Positions 42,085 through 52,571 of a stretch of 64,000 bases of DNA are shown piece by piece. Positions within the stretch are counted from its first letter, which is position 1; every line of letters begins with the position of its first letter. The notes below the pieces were generated by a model. The model searched no databases. It worked only from the letters and a program-made list of their open reading frames with translations, and was not told the DNA's origin. A program made the translations under genes and the position numbers. Origin of the DNA: Halorussus marinus (GTDB taxonomy: Archaea > Halobacteriota > Halobacteria > Halobacteriales > Haladaptataceae); assembly GCF_004765795.1 (NCBI RefSeq), contig NZ_SBIV01000001.1, forward strand, positions 558,001 to 622,000. The letters are read 5' to 3'.

Positions 42085-42390
42085 TTACCTGCTCTCGCGT
42101 TGCTCGACCTTGTTCAGCTCGATCAACAGCCGAAAGATCGCCTTCACGAGGTTGTCGTCGACGTCGAACTTCTGGGCGTTCGCGCCCGCCCGGTCCATCA
42201 CGCGCTGTTCTTGGTCCTCGTCGGTCGTCGGCATGTCCCGCTGGTCTTTGACCTCCGCGACCGTCTCGGCCACGTAGGTCCGGCGCGCGATCAGTTCCAC
42301 GATCTCCCGATCGATCGTCTCTATCTCTTCGCGGAGCTCCGCGAGGCTCATCTCGTCCGGCCGCCGTCGTTGCGTGTTGTCGTCAACCAT
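42085..42390 (-). CDS. Chorismate mutase (AroQ class)
   Basis: LAELREEIETIDREIVELIARR...DEDQEQRV; alternative start 42351 gives an ATGA overlap with aroK. Confidence 0.9.
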   Translation of the reverse strand: MVDDNTQRRRPDEMSLAELREEIETIDREIVELIARRTYVAETVAEVKDQRDMPTTDEDQEQRVMDRAGANAQKFDVDDNLVKAIFRLLIELNKVEQRESR

Positions 42391-43205
42391 GTCGTACCCT
42401 CCAGTTCGTTCCATCGGTCGCGGACCCCGGCGAGCGCCTCGCGTTCGCCGACCGCGACGAAGCTCGGTCCGGTCCCCGACAGCGAGACGCCGGCCGCGTC
42501 GGGGAGCGCCGACAGCATCGGGTCGGCGGGGAACTCCAGCGCCGCACAGAACGCGAAGCCGTTGACCGTCATCGCCTCGGCGTACCGGCCCTCGAGCGCG
42601 AGGTCCGCGACTAACTCCGCGACCGGCGCGATGCGTTCGCACCGCGAGACGTCGGCGTCGGCGCTGTAGGCGGTCTCGGGCGGCGTCCACACGAGCACGT
42701 CCCACGAGACGTCCTCGTGGGCGAGCAGTTCGTCGGTCCGGTTGTCGGTGACCGTGACGCCACCGAGCATGCTCGCGCTCGCGTCGTCGAACGCACCGGT
42801 CACCGTCACGCCGGCGTCGCGGGCCGCCTCGACCCCGAGCCGACAGGCCGCCTCCCGTGGCACCTCCTCGGCGATCCCGAGCGCGTCGAGAGTCGCCAGC
42901 ACCGTCGCGTTCGCCGCCGCGCTCGAACTCTTGAGCCCGGCGGCCATCGGCACCTCGCTGTCGGTCCGAACCGACCCGCCCGAGAGATCGCCGTCGCCGT
43001 ATTCCGCGAGCGCGCGCTCGACGCACCGTTCGATCAGCTCCGTGTCGGCGTCGGGCGCGTCCGCGATCTCGCCGGCGACCGTCCCCGAGTCGTCGAGTTC
43101 GACCGTCGCGGTCGTCTCGGCGTCGATGGCGAACGCCGACCCCTTGCCGCAGGCGAGGGCGTTCAGCACTGTTCCCGCCGCGGGCGCCGAGGCTCGACCG
43201 TCCAT
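42348..43205 (-). CDS. aroK: Archaeal GHMP-type shikimate kinase
   Basis: AGTVLNALA.GKG, PMAAGLKSSSAAANA, TGAFDDA, LSGTGPS. Confidence 0.93.
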   Translation of the reverse strand: MDGRASAPAAGTVLNALACGKGSAFAIDAETTATVELDDSGTVAGEIADAPDADTELIERCVERALAEYGDGDLSGGSVRTDSEVPMAAGLKSSSAAANATVLATLDALGIAEEVPREAACRLGVEAARDAGVTVTGAFDDASASMLGGVTVTDNRTDELLAHEDVSWDVLVWTPPETAYSADADVSRCERIAPVAELVADLALEGRYAEAMTVNGFAFCAALEFPADPMLSALPDAAGVSLSGTGPSFVAVGEREALAGVRDRWNELEGTTWLTTTRNDGGRTR

Positions 43206-43326
43206 GTGTGTCCGTCTCTCGCGGGGGGTATTGACGCTGGTGGTTGGCGCAAGACCGACTCCGGAGCCGACGAGCGCCGCCGTCCGAAGCGCGTCCCTTT
43301 TCCCGATACCTCGCCAATTCCCGGCC

Positions 43327-43752
43327 ATGAGCGCGCGCAACGACGTGGCGCCCGACACGCTCGGCGTCGAGCTGACCGAGGACGGCATCGTCGTCGAGTA
43401 CACCGACGGCCGGGAGACGTTCTACCACGGGGTGCCGACGAAGGTCGACGGCACGCTCCGGACCCAACCGGGCAAGCTCGTGCAGGTGCTGGTCACCGAT
43501 CCGACCGAGACCGAGGGCGTGCTGATGTACGTCAACGACCGCAACACCCACGACGAGATCCTCGAAGAGACCGGCGTCGGGCGCGTGATGCTCGACCCCG
43601 GCGAGGCGGAGTCGCTGTTCCCCGGCGTCGACGTGCGGATGGACGGCTACGCCATCGAGATCGAGGCCGACCCGGAAGTCGCCCGGGGTCGGGTGTTCGT
43701 CTTCGAGGAGGACCAGCTCGGCGAGTCCTCCTACGAGTTCGTCGACGAATGA
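43327..43752 (+). CDS. Conserved haloarchaeal protein (DUF5796-like)
   Basis: Acidic 141 aa, typical codon use; family name from recall. Confidence 0.75.
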   Translation: MSARNDVAPDTLGVELTEDGIVVEYTDGRETFYHGVPTKVDGTLRTQPGKLVQVLVTDPTETEGVLMYVNDRNTHDEILEETGVGRVMLDPGEAESLFPGVDVRMDGYAIEIEADPEVARGRVFVFEEDQLGESSYEFVDE

Positions 43753-43997
43753 GCCTCCCGAAACGCTGGCGCGAACTCTCGCGTACGACGGTCGGGTCGG
43801 TCCCCGAACGGTACGGCGTGTACGAACTCGGCGACGCCGACGGCGAGGTTCTGTCCGTCGAGTGGGGCGTCCTGCGGGACGAACTCAAGGACGCGCTGGC
43901 GTACGCCGACGCCGAACAGGTCCGGTGGGAGGCGTGTGAATCCGAGCGCCACGCGCAGGAACTGGCGGCCGAACACCGCGAACGCGCCGGCCTCTGA
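43749..43997 (+). CDS. Small protein with GIY-YIG-like N-terminal motif
   Basis: MSLPKRW...VPERYGVYELGD; ATGA overlap with upstream gene. Confidence 0.7.
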   Translation: MSLPKRWRELSRTTVGSVPERYGVYELGDADGEVLSVEWGVLRDELKDALAYADAEQVRWEACESERHAQELAAEHRERAGL

Positions 43998-44051
43998 GCC
44001 GTCCGGAGAGTCGAGCCGACCCGGATCGAGTGTGGCGGGCCGGCGCGGCCG

Positions 44052-44186
44052 TCACTGGATGTACGAGGGGTCCTCGTGGTCGCAGTTTTCTTCGTGCTGC
44101 TCGGCGTCGCCCTCGTCGTCGAACATCATGCCGCAACCCTCGCATTTGTACCACGTCATGTCGTCGCGCTCGGTTTCGACCACCAT
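44052..44186 (-). CDS. 44-aa zinc-finger microprotein
   Basis: WYKCEGCGMMF...AEQHEENC; TTTAC ~25 nt upstream. Confidence 0.75.
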   Translation of the reverse strand: MVVETERDDMTWYKCEGCGMMFDDEGDAEQHEENCDHEDPSYIQ

Positions 44187-44315
44187 GTTCGATGGTACAG
44201 CACACGAAAGTAAATCGTTTGCCCCGAGACGCGGGCCGGTCGCGGTGTCGGTCCGGAGATTCACGTCCCGCCCGACAGGGGAATCCTCAAGGCGGTAGAG
44301 CTATCAGAGGTTGAC

Positions 44316-46490
44316 ATGAACGCGAAGGGATCGGCCGCGGTCGAACTCACCGTGCAGGGCGCCGAAAAGCGGGACGCCGGCCGGGGGATCGCCCGCATCC
44401 CCGAGTCGGCCCGCGCGACGCTGGGGGTCCTGAGCGGCGACACCGTGGTCATCGAAGGCGAGCGCGACACCGTCGTCAAGGTGTGGCCCGCGGGCACCGG
44501 CGTCAGGTCCGGCGTCGTCCAGATCGACGGCGAGACCCGGACGAACGCGGGGGTCAGCATCGGCGACGGCGTCACCGTCCGGAAGATCTCGGTCGAGGAC
44601 GCCGACGCCGTCAGGCTGTCGCCGACCGCGCAGTTCTCGGCCGACGATCGGGAGACCTTAGAGACCGCACTCAAGCGCGCGCTTCGGGACCGCCCCGTCA
44701 AGGAGGGCGAGCGCGTCCGACTCGAACGCCTCGGCGACGCCGGCACCTTCCACGTCGCCGCGACCGATCCGGACGGCGTCGTCCGGGTCTCGGCCGAGAC
44801 GGACGTGTCGGTGTCGCTTGGCGACGATTCGACGCCGACCTCGATCCCGGTTCTGAGCGGCGACGACGACGCGCCCAACGAGCCGACGGGCGCGACCTAC
44901 GAGGACATCGGGGGCCTCGAAGAGGAGCTCCGGCGGGTCCGCGAGATGGTCGAGCTCCCGCTGTCGAACCCCGCGCTGTTCCGGCGGCTCGGCATCGACG
45001 CCCCGAAGGGCGTCTTGCTGTACGGCCCGCCGGGGACCGGCAAGACCATGATCGCGAAGGCGGTCGCCAACGAGGTCAACGCCCACTTCATCACCGTCTC
45101 GGGGCCGGAGGTCATGCGCAAGTACAAGGGCGAGAGCGAAGAGCGGATCCGCGACATCTTCCAGGAGGCCCGCGAGGAGGCGCCCACGATCGTGTTCTTC
45201 GACGAACTCGACGCCATCGCGAGCGAGCGCGACGAGGAGAGCGACGTCGAGAACCGCGTGGTCGCCCAGCTCCTGTCGCTGATGGACGGGCTCGAATCCC
45301 GCGGGCAGGTCATCGTGATCGGCGCGACCAACCGCGTCGACGCAATCGACCCCGCGCTCCGGCGGGGCGGACGGTTCGATCGGGAGATCGAGATCGGGGT
45401 CCCCGGCGAAGCGGGGCGTCGCGAGATTCTCGACGTTCACACCCGCGGGATGCCCCTCGCCGACGACGTCGACGTCGACCGGCTCGCGGCCGGCACCCAC
45501 GGCTTCGTCGGCGCGGACCTCCACGCGCTGGCGACCGAGGCCGCGATGGCCGCGCTCCGGCGGGCCCGGGACGCCGGGGCCGACGACGAGGAGTTGATGG
45601 ACGTCGAGGTGACCCGACGGGACTTCGAGACCGCGATGGCGTCGGTCGACCCCTCGGCGATGCGGGAGTTCGTCGCCGAGTCGCCCGACACCACCTACGA
45701 CGACGTCGGCAACCTCGAAACGGCCAAACAGACGCTCACCGAGGCCGTCGAGTGGCCCCTGGCGTACCGCAACCTCTTCGAGGCGACCCGGACCGAGCCG
45801 CCGACCGGGATCCTCCTCCACGGCCCGCCGGGGACCGGCAAGACGCTTCTGGCCCGGGCGCTGGCGGGCGAGACCGACGTGAACTTCATCCACGTCGACG
45901 GCCCGGAACTGCTCGACCGCTACGTCGGCGAGAGCGAGAAGACGGTCCGGGAGATATTCGACCGCGCCCGGCAGGCCTCCCCCGCCATCGTCTTCTTCGA
46001 CGAGATCGACTCGATCGCTGGCCAGCGCGGCGCCGGGATGGGCGGCGGCGCGGAGGTCAGCGAGCGGGTGGTCTCCCAGTTGCTCACCGAGATGGACGGC
46101 CTCGCGGAGAACCCCAATCTGATCGTGCTCGCGGCGACGAACCGCCGGGACGCGCTCGACTCGGCGCTGTTGCGGCCCGGTCGCCTCGAAGAACACGTCG
46201 AGGTCCCGGCGCCCGACGAGACCGGCCGGCGCCAGATCCTCGACGTTCACGCCGGCGACAAGCCGATCGGCGACGACGTGGATCTGGACGAACTCGCGGC
46301 CGACCTCGCGGGGTACACCGGCGCGGACCTCGAAGCGGTGGTCAGAGACGCCTCGATGCGGGCGATTCGGGAGGCCGCCGACGCGTGGGGCGTCGAGCAG
46401 GCCGACGCGAACGCCCACGAGATCGAGATTCAACACAAGCACTTCGAGGCCGCGATCGAGAAAGTCCGGCCGACGCTGACCGACGAGTGA
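44316..46490 (+). CDS. cdc48: Cdc48/VCP-like AAA+ ATPase
   Basis: N-domain DAGRGIARI, two GPPGTGKT, two FFDE, RGGRFD and RPGRLE. Confidence 0.93.
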   Translation: MNAKGSAAVELTVQGAEKRDAGRGIARIPESARATLGVLSGDTVVIEGERDTVVKVWPAGTGVRSGVVQIDGETRTNAGVSIGDGVTVRKISVEDADAVRLSPTAQFSADDRETLETALKRALRDRPVKEGERVRLERLGDAGTFHVAATDPDGVVRVSAETDVSVSLGDDSTPTSIPVLSGDDDAPNEPTGATYEDIGGLEEELRRVREMVELPLSNPALFRRLGIDAPKGVLLYGPPGTGKTMIAKAVANEVNAHFITVSGPEVMRKYKGESEERIRDIFQEAREEAPTIVFFDELDAIASERDEESDVENRVVAQLLSLMDGLESRGQVIVIGATNRVDAIDPALRRGGRFDREIEIGVPGEAGRREILDVHTRGMPLADDVDVDRLAAGTHGFVGADLHALATEAAMAALRRARDAGADDEELMDVEVTRRDFETAMASVDPSAMREFVAESPDTTYDDVGNLETAKQTLTEAVEWPLAYRNLFEATRTEPPTGILLHGPPGTGKTLLARALAGETDVNFIHVDGPELLDRYVGESEKTVREIFDRARQASPAIVFFDEIDSIAGQRGAGMGGGAEVSERVVSQLLTEMDGLAENPNLIVLAATNRRDALDSALLRPGRLEEHVEVPAPDETGRRQILDVHAGDKPIGDDVDLDELAADLAGYTGADLEAVVRDASMRAIREAADAWGVEQADANAHEIEIQHKHFEAAIEKVRPTLTDE

Positions 46491-46533
46491 CGCGGTCGCG
46501 ACCGTTTATGTCGATCGGCGCCCATCTCCGGTC

Positions 46534-47115
46534 GTGAGCCTCCCCGAAGCGGTCCGACCGCGCCGACCGCACGCGCTCGCGCTCGTGACGGCGCTGTTCC
46601 CGGCGCTGTACGTCGTCTACAGGGATGCGAACGGGGCGTGTCCGGCGGACGCCGACTGTCTCGGCGCGACCCACGTCGGCTACGCGCTCGCCGGACTGGC
46701 CGGGAGCTACCTCTTTGCCGTGCTCGCCGTCGCCGTCGTCGACGCCGAGTCGCTCGCGGCCGACTCGCCGCTCGCGCGCCTTGCGCTGTTCCCGTCGGAC
46801 CTGACGCTCGGAGTCCTCGGGGCGATCGTCGCGGGGCTCGGGGCCTACGCGGTCGCGTCGCTCGCCGGGGCGGTTCCGACGGCGGTCGACGCCGCGCTTG
46901 CCCCGGTCGGCCTCCTCGTCGGACTCCCGTTCGCCGCGACGGCGGCCGCGCTCGTGCTCGTCGGGAGCGCGGTCTCGGCGACGCCGCCGTTGGCGTTCCG
47001 GTACGCCGTCGTCGCGGGATCGCTCGCGCTCACCGGCGGGTGGGTGTTCGCGCTGGCGACCGGGGCCGCGGCGCTCGTCCGGCGAGCCTCCGCGGTCGGG
47101 CCGAATCGGGAGTGA
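46534..47115 (+). CDS. Hypothetical membrane protein
   Basis: 193 aa, about five hydrophobic segments, CPADADC loop, TTTAT ~25 nt upstream of GTG. Confidence 0.65.
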   Translation: MSLPEAVRPRRPHALALVTALFPALYVVYRDANGACPADADCLGATHVGYALAGLAGSYLFAVLAVAVVDAESLAADSPLARLALFPSDLTLGVLGAIVAGLGAYAVASLAGAVPTAVDAALAPVGLLVGLPFAATAAALVLVGSAVSATPPLAFRYAVVAGSLALTGGWVFALATGAAALVRRASAVGPNRE

Positions 47116-47300
47116 GAGCGACGGCTCCGCCCCGCGAAGTCGCGTCCCGGGAGCGAGGGTCTCGGTCATCGCCGCCCACCGGACCGCGCTCGACCGACCG
47201 GACGCGCCGGATCGGCTCCGAACGCTCGACTGATCGCGCCGGGGCGCTGAATTCGTGTCTACTCCGTAACGTATATCGGCGCGGTGCTCGTCCCGTCAGT

Positions 47301-47519
47301 ATGATTGGTGGGAGGCGGCTTTACGAACGCGCTGACGGGTGGCTAACGGGGCTCTCTCGGGTGCCGTACGCGGTCGTCTTGGGGTCGGCGGCGGGCGTCG
47401 GCGTTCTCGGAGTCGGTCTCGTATCGGGCGGTGGGCTTCCGGTGCTTCGGGCCCTCACTATGGCGCTGGTCATGTTCGGGTTAGAGTGCGCGTTCGGAGT
47501 TCACCAGACCGACGGCTGA
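47301..47519 (+). CDS. Small two-TM protein
   Basis: 72 aa, MIGGRRLYERADGWL...; TATAT ~25 nt upstream. Confidence 0.55.
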   Translation: MIGGRRLYERADGWLTGLSRVPYAVVLGSAAGVGVLGVGLVSGGGLPVLRALTMALVMFGLECAFGVHQTDG

Positions 47520-47602
47520 TTGTGCCGGCGATCTCTCGCGGCTTTCGGAGCCACGTCGGGGGCGAGGCTCGTAACTCCCGACGACTGACCGGGCGCAGTC
47601 CC

Positions 47603-48289
47603 CTACGGATCTGCGGTCGCGGTTTCCGGTGGCTCGGCGACCGCGACCGTCATCTTCGAGACGCTGTCGCACTTGGTCACCGAGTCGACGCGGTACCACT
47701 CGCCGAGGCGTATCTCGGGCAGTGGCGTCGGTTCGGTGTCGGTGGCCGACTCGGTATCACCTGCGGTCGTGGTCTCGCTCGTCTTCTCGGTCGTCGTCGC
47801 GTCCTGTAACGCGGCTTCAGTTGCAGTCTCCGGCCCGGCGGTCGTCTCTCCGACGGCGGTCTCCGGCGTAGTCGTCGTCTCAGCGGTGTCGTTCACCGCG
47901 GTCGTCTCCGGCGTAGTCGTCGTTTCGTCAGTGGTGGCGATCGCTTCCGGGGAGACCAACAGCCCCTCGTACCCGAGGTCGATGTCGCCTCTGTACGCCC
48001 TGACGATGAGCACCCGCAACTCCGAGGGATCGCCGGCGTCGCGACAGCTCGCGGGGACGGACTCGGTCGCGGGGTCGCCCTCCGGGGTACGTAGGGGCGA
48101 CTGGACCTGAAACCGGTCGCCGGTCTGGAGCCCGTAGCTGAAAGCGTAGCTCGACTCCCCGCCGTCGTTCTGCGTGACCGTCCCGTCCAGCGCGGAGACG
48201 CCGCTCGCCGCCAACCCGAGTCCCGCCAGTCCCGCGGCCGCCCCCGCCCGGAGGATATCGCGCCGTCGCGGTGGTTCGCCGTCTGGCAT
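47603..48289 (-). CDS. Tat-exported Thr/Glu-rich protein
   Basis: RRRDILRAG followed by an h-region; internal ETTT repeats. Confidence 0.75.
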   Translation of the reverse strand: MPDGEPPRRRDILRAGAAAGLAGLGLAASGVSALDGTVTQNDGGESSYAFSYGLQTGDRFQVQSPLRTPEGDPATESVPASCRDAGDPSELRVLIVRAYRGDIDLGYEGLLVSPEAIATTDETTTTPETTAVNDTAETTTTPETAVGETTAGPETATEAALQDATTTEKTSETTTAGDTESATDTEPTPLPEIRLGEWYRVDSVTKCDSVSKMTVAVAEPPETATADP

Positions 48290-48399
48290 GCGGTCTTCTC
48301 CCGCGGGTAGGGAGTTATACCGGCGGGGCTGTTCACACTGTTCACACCAACTGGGACCGCGCAACCGACGTTACACCCGCGAAAGGGGCCGTTTCGGCC

Positions 48400-51246
48400 T
48401 CAGTCCCAGAACGACTGGGTCCGGGCGTACTGACGCTCCTGTGCGAGGATGTCCCGGTAGAAGTCGTCTTCGTCCTCGCGGAGCTTGGCGATGATGCGGG
48501 CGGCGTTGCGCGGGCCGACGCCCCGGGCCGCCAGCGCGATGACGGCTCGCTTACCGTGGCTCTGGACCAAATTCGCGGCCTTGTACGCACGCTCGGTCAT
48601 CTTCTCCTGTTCGTCGTCTTTCTCTCTGGCCCGGACGGCCTTCACGACCTCGTCGGCCCACGGGTTCAGCGCCGCGATGCGGGTCGACCCGCACTCGGGA
48701 CACTCGGGCTGGTCGCGGACCCGCCGGACCGGCTTCTTGCGCTTCCAGTCGGTGCAGTGGAGACACACCAGGATGACCTCGTCGTCCCGGATGCGCTCTT
48801 TGACGGTCTGGATGACGCTCGCGTCGGCGTTCTCTGGCGCGAGCAGTTCCCGGCCCGACGACCGGCCGCCGGTCCCGATCGGGGTGTGGCCGCCGGTCGT
48901 CACGACCTCGATCTCGCCGGTCCGAATCCGGGCGAGCACCTCGCTCGCGCGCTCGACCGCCAGATCGTCGTGAAACACCTCTCGGACCGCCTCGTCGTAC
49001 ATCGGCGTGTCTTCGAGCGCCCCGAGCAGTCGGGAGACGTTCGGGGTCGACCCCTGCCAGCTCCGGAGCGCGCCGAACTTCGCGGCGACCTGCGAGAGCT
49101 TGAACTTCAGCGAGTCGGAGTGTTTGAGGCTGAGCTCGATGATCGCCTCGACGTGGTCGGGATCGGTGTCCTCGAGCACCGCCGCGACCTCCCGGCCCGA
49201 CGTTTTCGACGGCACGTCCAGTTCGATCCGGTAGGGGTCGACCTCCAGGCCGACCGACGAGCCGGTCCGCTGTCCGACCAGCGACGACAGCACCCGCCCG
49301 AGCGTCTCGTTGGTCTTGTGGCCCAAGCAGGCGTTCACCACGACGCTTCCGGCGGCGTGTTCGACCACGATGCGGTCGGCAGTCGGCAACGGTGCGTCGG
49401 CCTCGGCCTGTCTGTCGAGCTGGTCGAGCGCCTCGCGTGCGGTGTGCTCGTCGGTCGGGTAGCGGTTCGTGAACTCCCGGGCGACCCCCTCGCGGGGTGC
49501 CCCGCGCTCGAACTGCGGGCCGGCGACCGCCCGCATCTCGCCTACCTCTCGGGCGACTTCGTAGGGGACGGGGATCTCCTCGCCGACCCACGACGGGATC
49601 TCGCCGCCGGGGTCCTCGATCGGCGAGACCTGCACCGTCTCCTCCTCGTCGTCGATCTCGGAGATGCGCCACATCTCCCCGCGCTGGATGAAGACCTCGC
49701 CGGGCGCCGCGAAGTTGACGACGAACCGCTCGTCGAGGGTCCCGACCTGCGAGCCGCTGGCGATGTCCTCGACCGCGTAGGTCTGCTCGTCGGGGATCAT
49801 CGAGAGGTTGGCGTAGAAGTACTGCCACGTCTGGGAGGACTTCTCGATCGTGTCCTCGTCCTCGTCGACCCAGACGAGTCGGTTGCCCTTGAGCTCCCGC
49901 AACACCTCCTTGAATCGAGACTCCGGGAGGTCCCGGAACGGGTAGGCCCGCGTCACGATGTCGTAGGCTTTCATCGCCGACAGGTCCCCGAAGTCCATCA
50001 CGAGCCCGACGACCTGATTGGCGACGGTGTCGAGGCTCCCGTCGTGGATCCGGGCCGGCTCCACGTCGCCGTCTTTCGCCCGGCGGGCGATGGCGAGCGC
50101 TTCGAGGGTGTCGTCGGGGCGCTTCGTGACGATGGTGCCCCGCGAGACCTCGTCGCTCCGGTGGCCCGCGCGCCCGACGCGCTGGAGCAGTCGGGCGACC
50201 TCCCGCGGGCTGGTGTACTGGACGACGTGGTCGATCCGACCCACGTCGATGCCGAGTTCCATCGAGGACGTACAGAGCAGGCCGTCGAGCTCGCCCGCCT
50301 TGAACCGGTCTTCGACGTCGATCCGGACTTCTTTCGACAGCGAGCCGTGGTGGACGCCCACGTTGGCGTCGAGGGCCTTGAACCGCGAACCGAGCGCCTC
50401 GGCGGTCTGGCGGGTGTTGACGAAGATCAGCGTCGAGTCGTGGTCGTCGACGATGTCGAGGATCGCCCGGACGTGGCTGGCGTACTCGACCTCGGTCGCC
50501 AGTTCGCCCGCGAGCGTCTCGTCGGCGTCGGTGACCTCGGGCTCGCGGACCTCGAACTCGACTTTGCTCCCCACGTCGACCTCGACGATCTCACACCCCC
50601 GGTCGCCGGTCAGAAACCGACCGACCTCCTCGGGGTCGCCGACGGTCGCCGACAGGCCGATCCGCTGGAACTCCCCGGCGAGCTCGACCAGCCGCTCCAG
50701 CCCGACGGTGAGCTGGGCGCCTCGCTTCGCGCTCGCGAGCTCGTGGACCTCGTCGACGACGACGTGGTGGACGTCTTCGAGGGCGGTTCGGAGCTTCGAG
50801 CCGGTGAGCATCGCCTGCAGGGTCTCGGGGGTCGTCACCAGCACGTCCGGCGGGTCGTTCGCCTGCTTTTGGCGCTGGTAGTCGGTGGTGTCGCCGTGGC
50901 GCACGTCGACGTCGAGGTCCAACTCCTCGCCCCACCACTCCAGGCGCTCGCGCATGTCGCGGTTGAGCGCGCGGAGCGGCGTGACGTAGAGCGCCGAGAT
51001 GCCGAACCGGGGGCCCTTCTCGGCCTGATTCTCCGCGATGGCGTCCAGCACCGGCAACATCGCGGTCTCGGTCTTGCCGGTGCCGGTCGGCGCGACGACG
51101 AGGCCGTTCTCGCCCCGGGCCAGCGGCGGGATCGCCCGGCGCTGTGGCTCGGTCGGCGTCGAGAACCCCCGCTCGGAGAGCGCCGCCCGGACCTGATCGC
51201 CGAGGTGCGCGAAGGCCCCAAAACCCGCGGCCGACGTCTCAGTCAT
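48400..51246 (-). CDS. lhr: Lhr-type DEAD/DEAH helicase with C-terminal Zn finger
   Basis: APTGTGKT, PLRALNRD, TTPETL, DEVH, SAT, HHGSL, QRVGRAGH, CLHC/CPECG. Confidence 0.92.
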   Translation of the reverse strand: MTETSAAGFGAFAHLGDQVRAALSERGFSTPTEPQRRAIPPLARGENGLVVAPTGTGKTETAMLPVLDAIAENQAEKGPRFGISALYVTPLRALNRDMRERLEWWGEELDLDVDVRHGDTTDYQRQKQANDPPDVLVTTPETLQAMLTGSKLRTALEDVHHVVVDEVHELASAKRGAQLTVGLERLVELAGEFQRIGLSATVGDPEEVGRFLTGDRGCEIVEVDVGSKVEFEVREPEVTDADETLAGELATEVEYASHVRAILDIVDDHDSTLIFVNTRQTAEALGSRFKALDANVGVHHGSLSKEVRIDVEDRFKAGELDGLLCTSSMELGIDVGRIDHVVQYTSPREVARLLQRVGRAGHRSDEVSRGTIVTKRPDDTLEALAIARRAKDGDVEPARIHDGSLDTVANQVVGLVMDFGDLSAMKAYDIVTRAYPFRDLPESRFKEVLRELKGNRLVWVDEDEDTIEKSSQTWQYFYANLSMIPDEQTYAVEDIASGSQVGTLDERFVVNFAAPGEVFIQRGEMWRISEIDDEEETVQVSPIEDPGGEIPSWVGEEIPVPYEVAREVGEMRAVAGPQFERGAPREGVAREFTNRYPTDEHTAREALDQLDRQAEADAPLPTADRIVVEHAAGSVVVNACLGHKTNETLGRVLSSLVGQRTGSSVGLEVDPYRIELDVPSKTSGREVAAVLEDTDPDHVEAIIELSLKHSDSLKFKLSQVAAKFGALRSWQGSTPNVSRLLGALEDTPMYDEAVREVFHDDLAVERASEVLARIRTGEIEVVTTGGHTPIGTGGRSSGRELLAPENADASVIQTVKERIRDDEVILVCLHCTDWKRKKPVRRVRDQPECPECGSTRIAALNPWADEVVKAVRAREKDDEQEKMTERAYKAANLVQSHGKRAVIALAARGVGPRNAARIIAKLREDEDDFYRDILAQERQYARTQSFWD

Positions 51247-51353
51247 CGCTTCGGAGTTGGGACGCGAGGGGATTAAGCCCAACGCTAGTCACGGGTGGAC
51301 GTACCACGATCGGCGGCGACAACTGTCTTTGGGACGCCGGACGAACCCCCCGC

Positions 51354-51827
51354 ATGGGCACCGAAGTCCGATTCCGAGAGGTCCAACGATTCCGCCGACC
51401 GTGGGCCCGGGCGACCCTACTCGTACAGGCGATCCTCGCGCTCGCGGGAGTCGTCCGGGGTCGGCGGTCGGGGCGGGCCGCCCTGAAACGGCTGGTCGGC
51501 CTCGGGGCGGTCGCGCTGGTACTCCGATCGGTTCGGCTCTACACCGAGGTACGGCCCGACGGCGTGTACGTCAAGTTCGCGCCGCTCCACCGGACGTTCC
51601 GCCGAATCCCGCTCGCGGATATCGAAGACGTGCAGGCGACGGGGTACAGTCCGCTCCGGTACGGCGGCTGGGGTATTCGGTGGCGTCCGCGCGCGTTGGC
51701 TTACACCGCCAGCAACGCCAGCGGCGTCCGACTGGAGCGGTCGTCCGGCGGGTCGGTGTTCGTCGGCTCGGATCGCCCCGACGAACTCCTCGCGGCGATC
51801 CAGACCGCCACCGACCGGGAGGTCTGA
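51354..51827 (+). CDS. Hypothetical membrane-anchored protein with PH-like domain
   Basis: FREVQRF, two short TM segments, YGGWGIR, VGSDRPDEL. Confidence 0.7.
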   Translation: MGTEVRFREVQRFRRPWARATLLVQAILALAGVVRGRRSGRAALKRLVGLGAVALVLRSVRLYTEVRPDGVYVKFAPLHRTFRRIPLADIEDVQATGYSPLRYGGWGIRWRPRALAYTASNASGVRLERSSGGSVFVGSDRPDELLAAIQTATDREV

Positions 51828-52571
51828 TCACACCGTCCGGTACGGGCCGAGTCGCGTCCCGTCGAGCAGGTACGCCTCCGCGCCGGGCGCGGCCGCCGGG
51901 AGAAACGGCGAGAGGAACTCCTGGCCCTCGACGTTGACCCACGTCCCGCCCGCGAGGTCGTTGAACGCCGGGAACACGGTCAGTTCGGCGTCTCCCGTGG
52001 CCCCGCCCTCGCGGTCGGCGAACGCCGCCGGATCGAGTCCGCCCCGGAGCCACGCCCGTTCGACCCGGCTCCCGCCCACCGCGTCCGCTAATCTGACCGC
52101 GGGGTGTTCGTGGCCGACGCAGACGGCGCCGCCGCCGAGCACCGCAGGCGCGGGCCATGTGTGGCCGTGCGCGAACCCGACGTCGCCGCGTCTGAGCCCG
52201 CCGCCGTCGGTCACCTCGCAGTCGATCCACGACTCGATGTCGCCGTCGTGGTTTCCCTTCACGAGCGTGGCCGCGACCCCGCGGTCGTCGAGTCGTTCGA
52301 GTAAGATTTCGACCTCGCCGCGCTCGGCGCCGCCCGGAGCGCCGATGGCGTGCATCAGATCGCCCAGAAAGACCACGCTGTCGGGGTCGGTGCGCTCGAC
52401 CAGCGAGAGGAGTCGGCCGCGGCGCTCGCCGGCCCGGCTGTCGAGCGAGACGCCCTCCGCGCGGAGCGCCTGCTCGATGCCGGCGTGGAAGTCGGCCACG
52501 ACCAGCGCGCGCTCGGTCCCGAGGTCGGCGACCGCCGCCGGGCTGTCGGGGACCGGCTCCACGAGCGCCAT
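51828..52571 (-). CDS. Calcineurin-like metallophosphoesterase
   Basis: ADFHAG, LGDLMH, KGNHD, HGH, GHEHP, PAFN. Confidence 0.9.
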   Translation of the reverse strand: MALVEPVPDSPAAVADLGTERALVVADFHAGIEQALRAEGVSLDSRAGERRGRLLSLVERTDPDSVVFLGDLMHAIGAPGGAERGEVEILLERLDDRGVAATLVKGNHDGDIESWIDCEVTDGGGLRRGDVGFAHGHTWPAPAVLGGGAVCVGHEHPAVRLADAVGGSRVERAWLRGGLDPAAFADREGGATGDAELTVFPAFNDLAGGTWVNVEGQEFLSPFLPAAAPGAEAYLLDGTRLGPYRTV

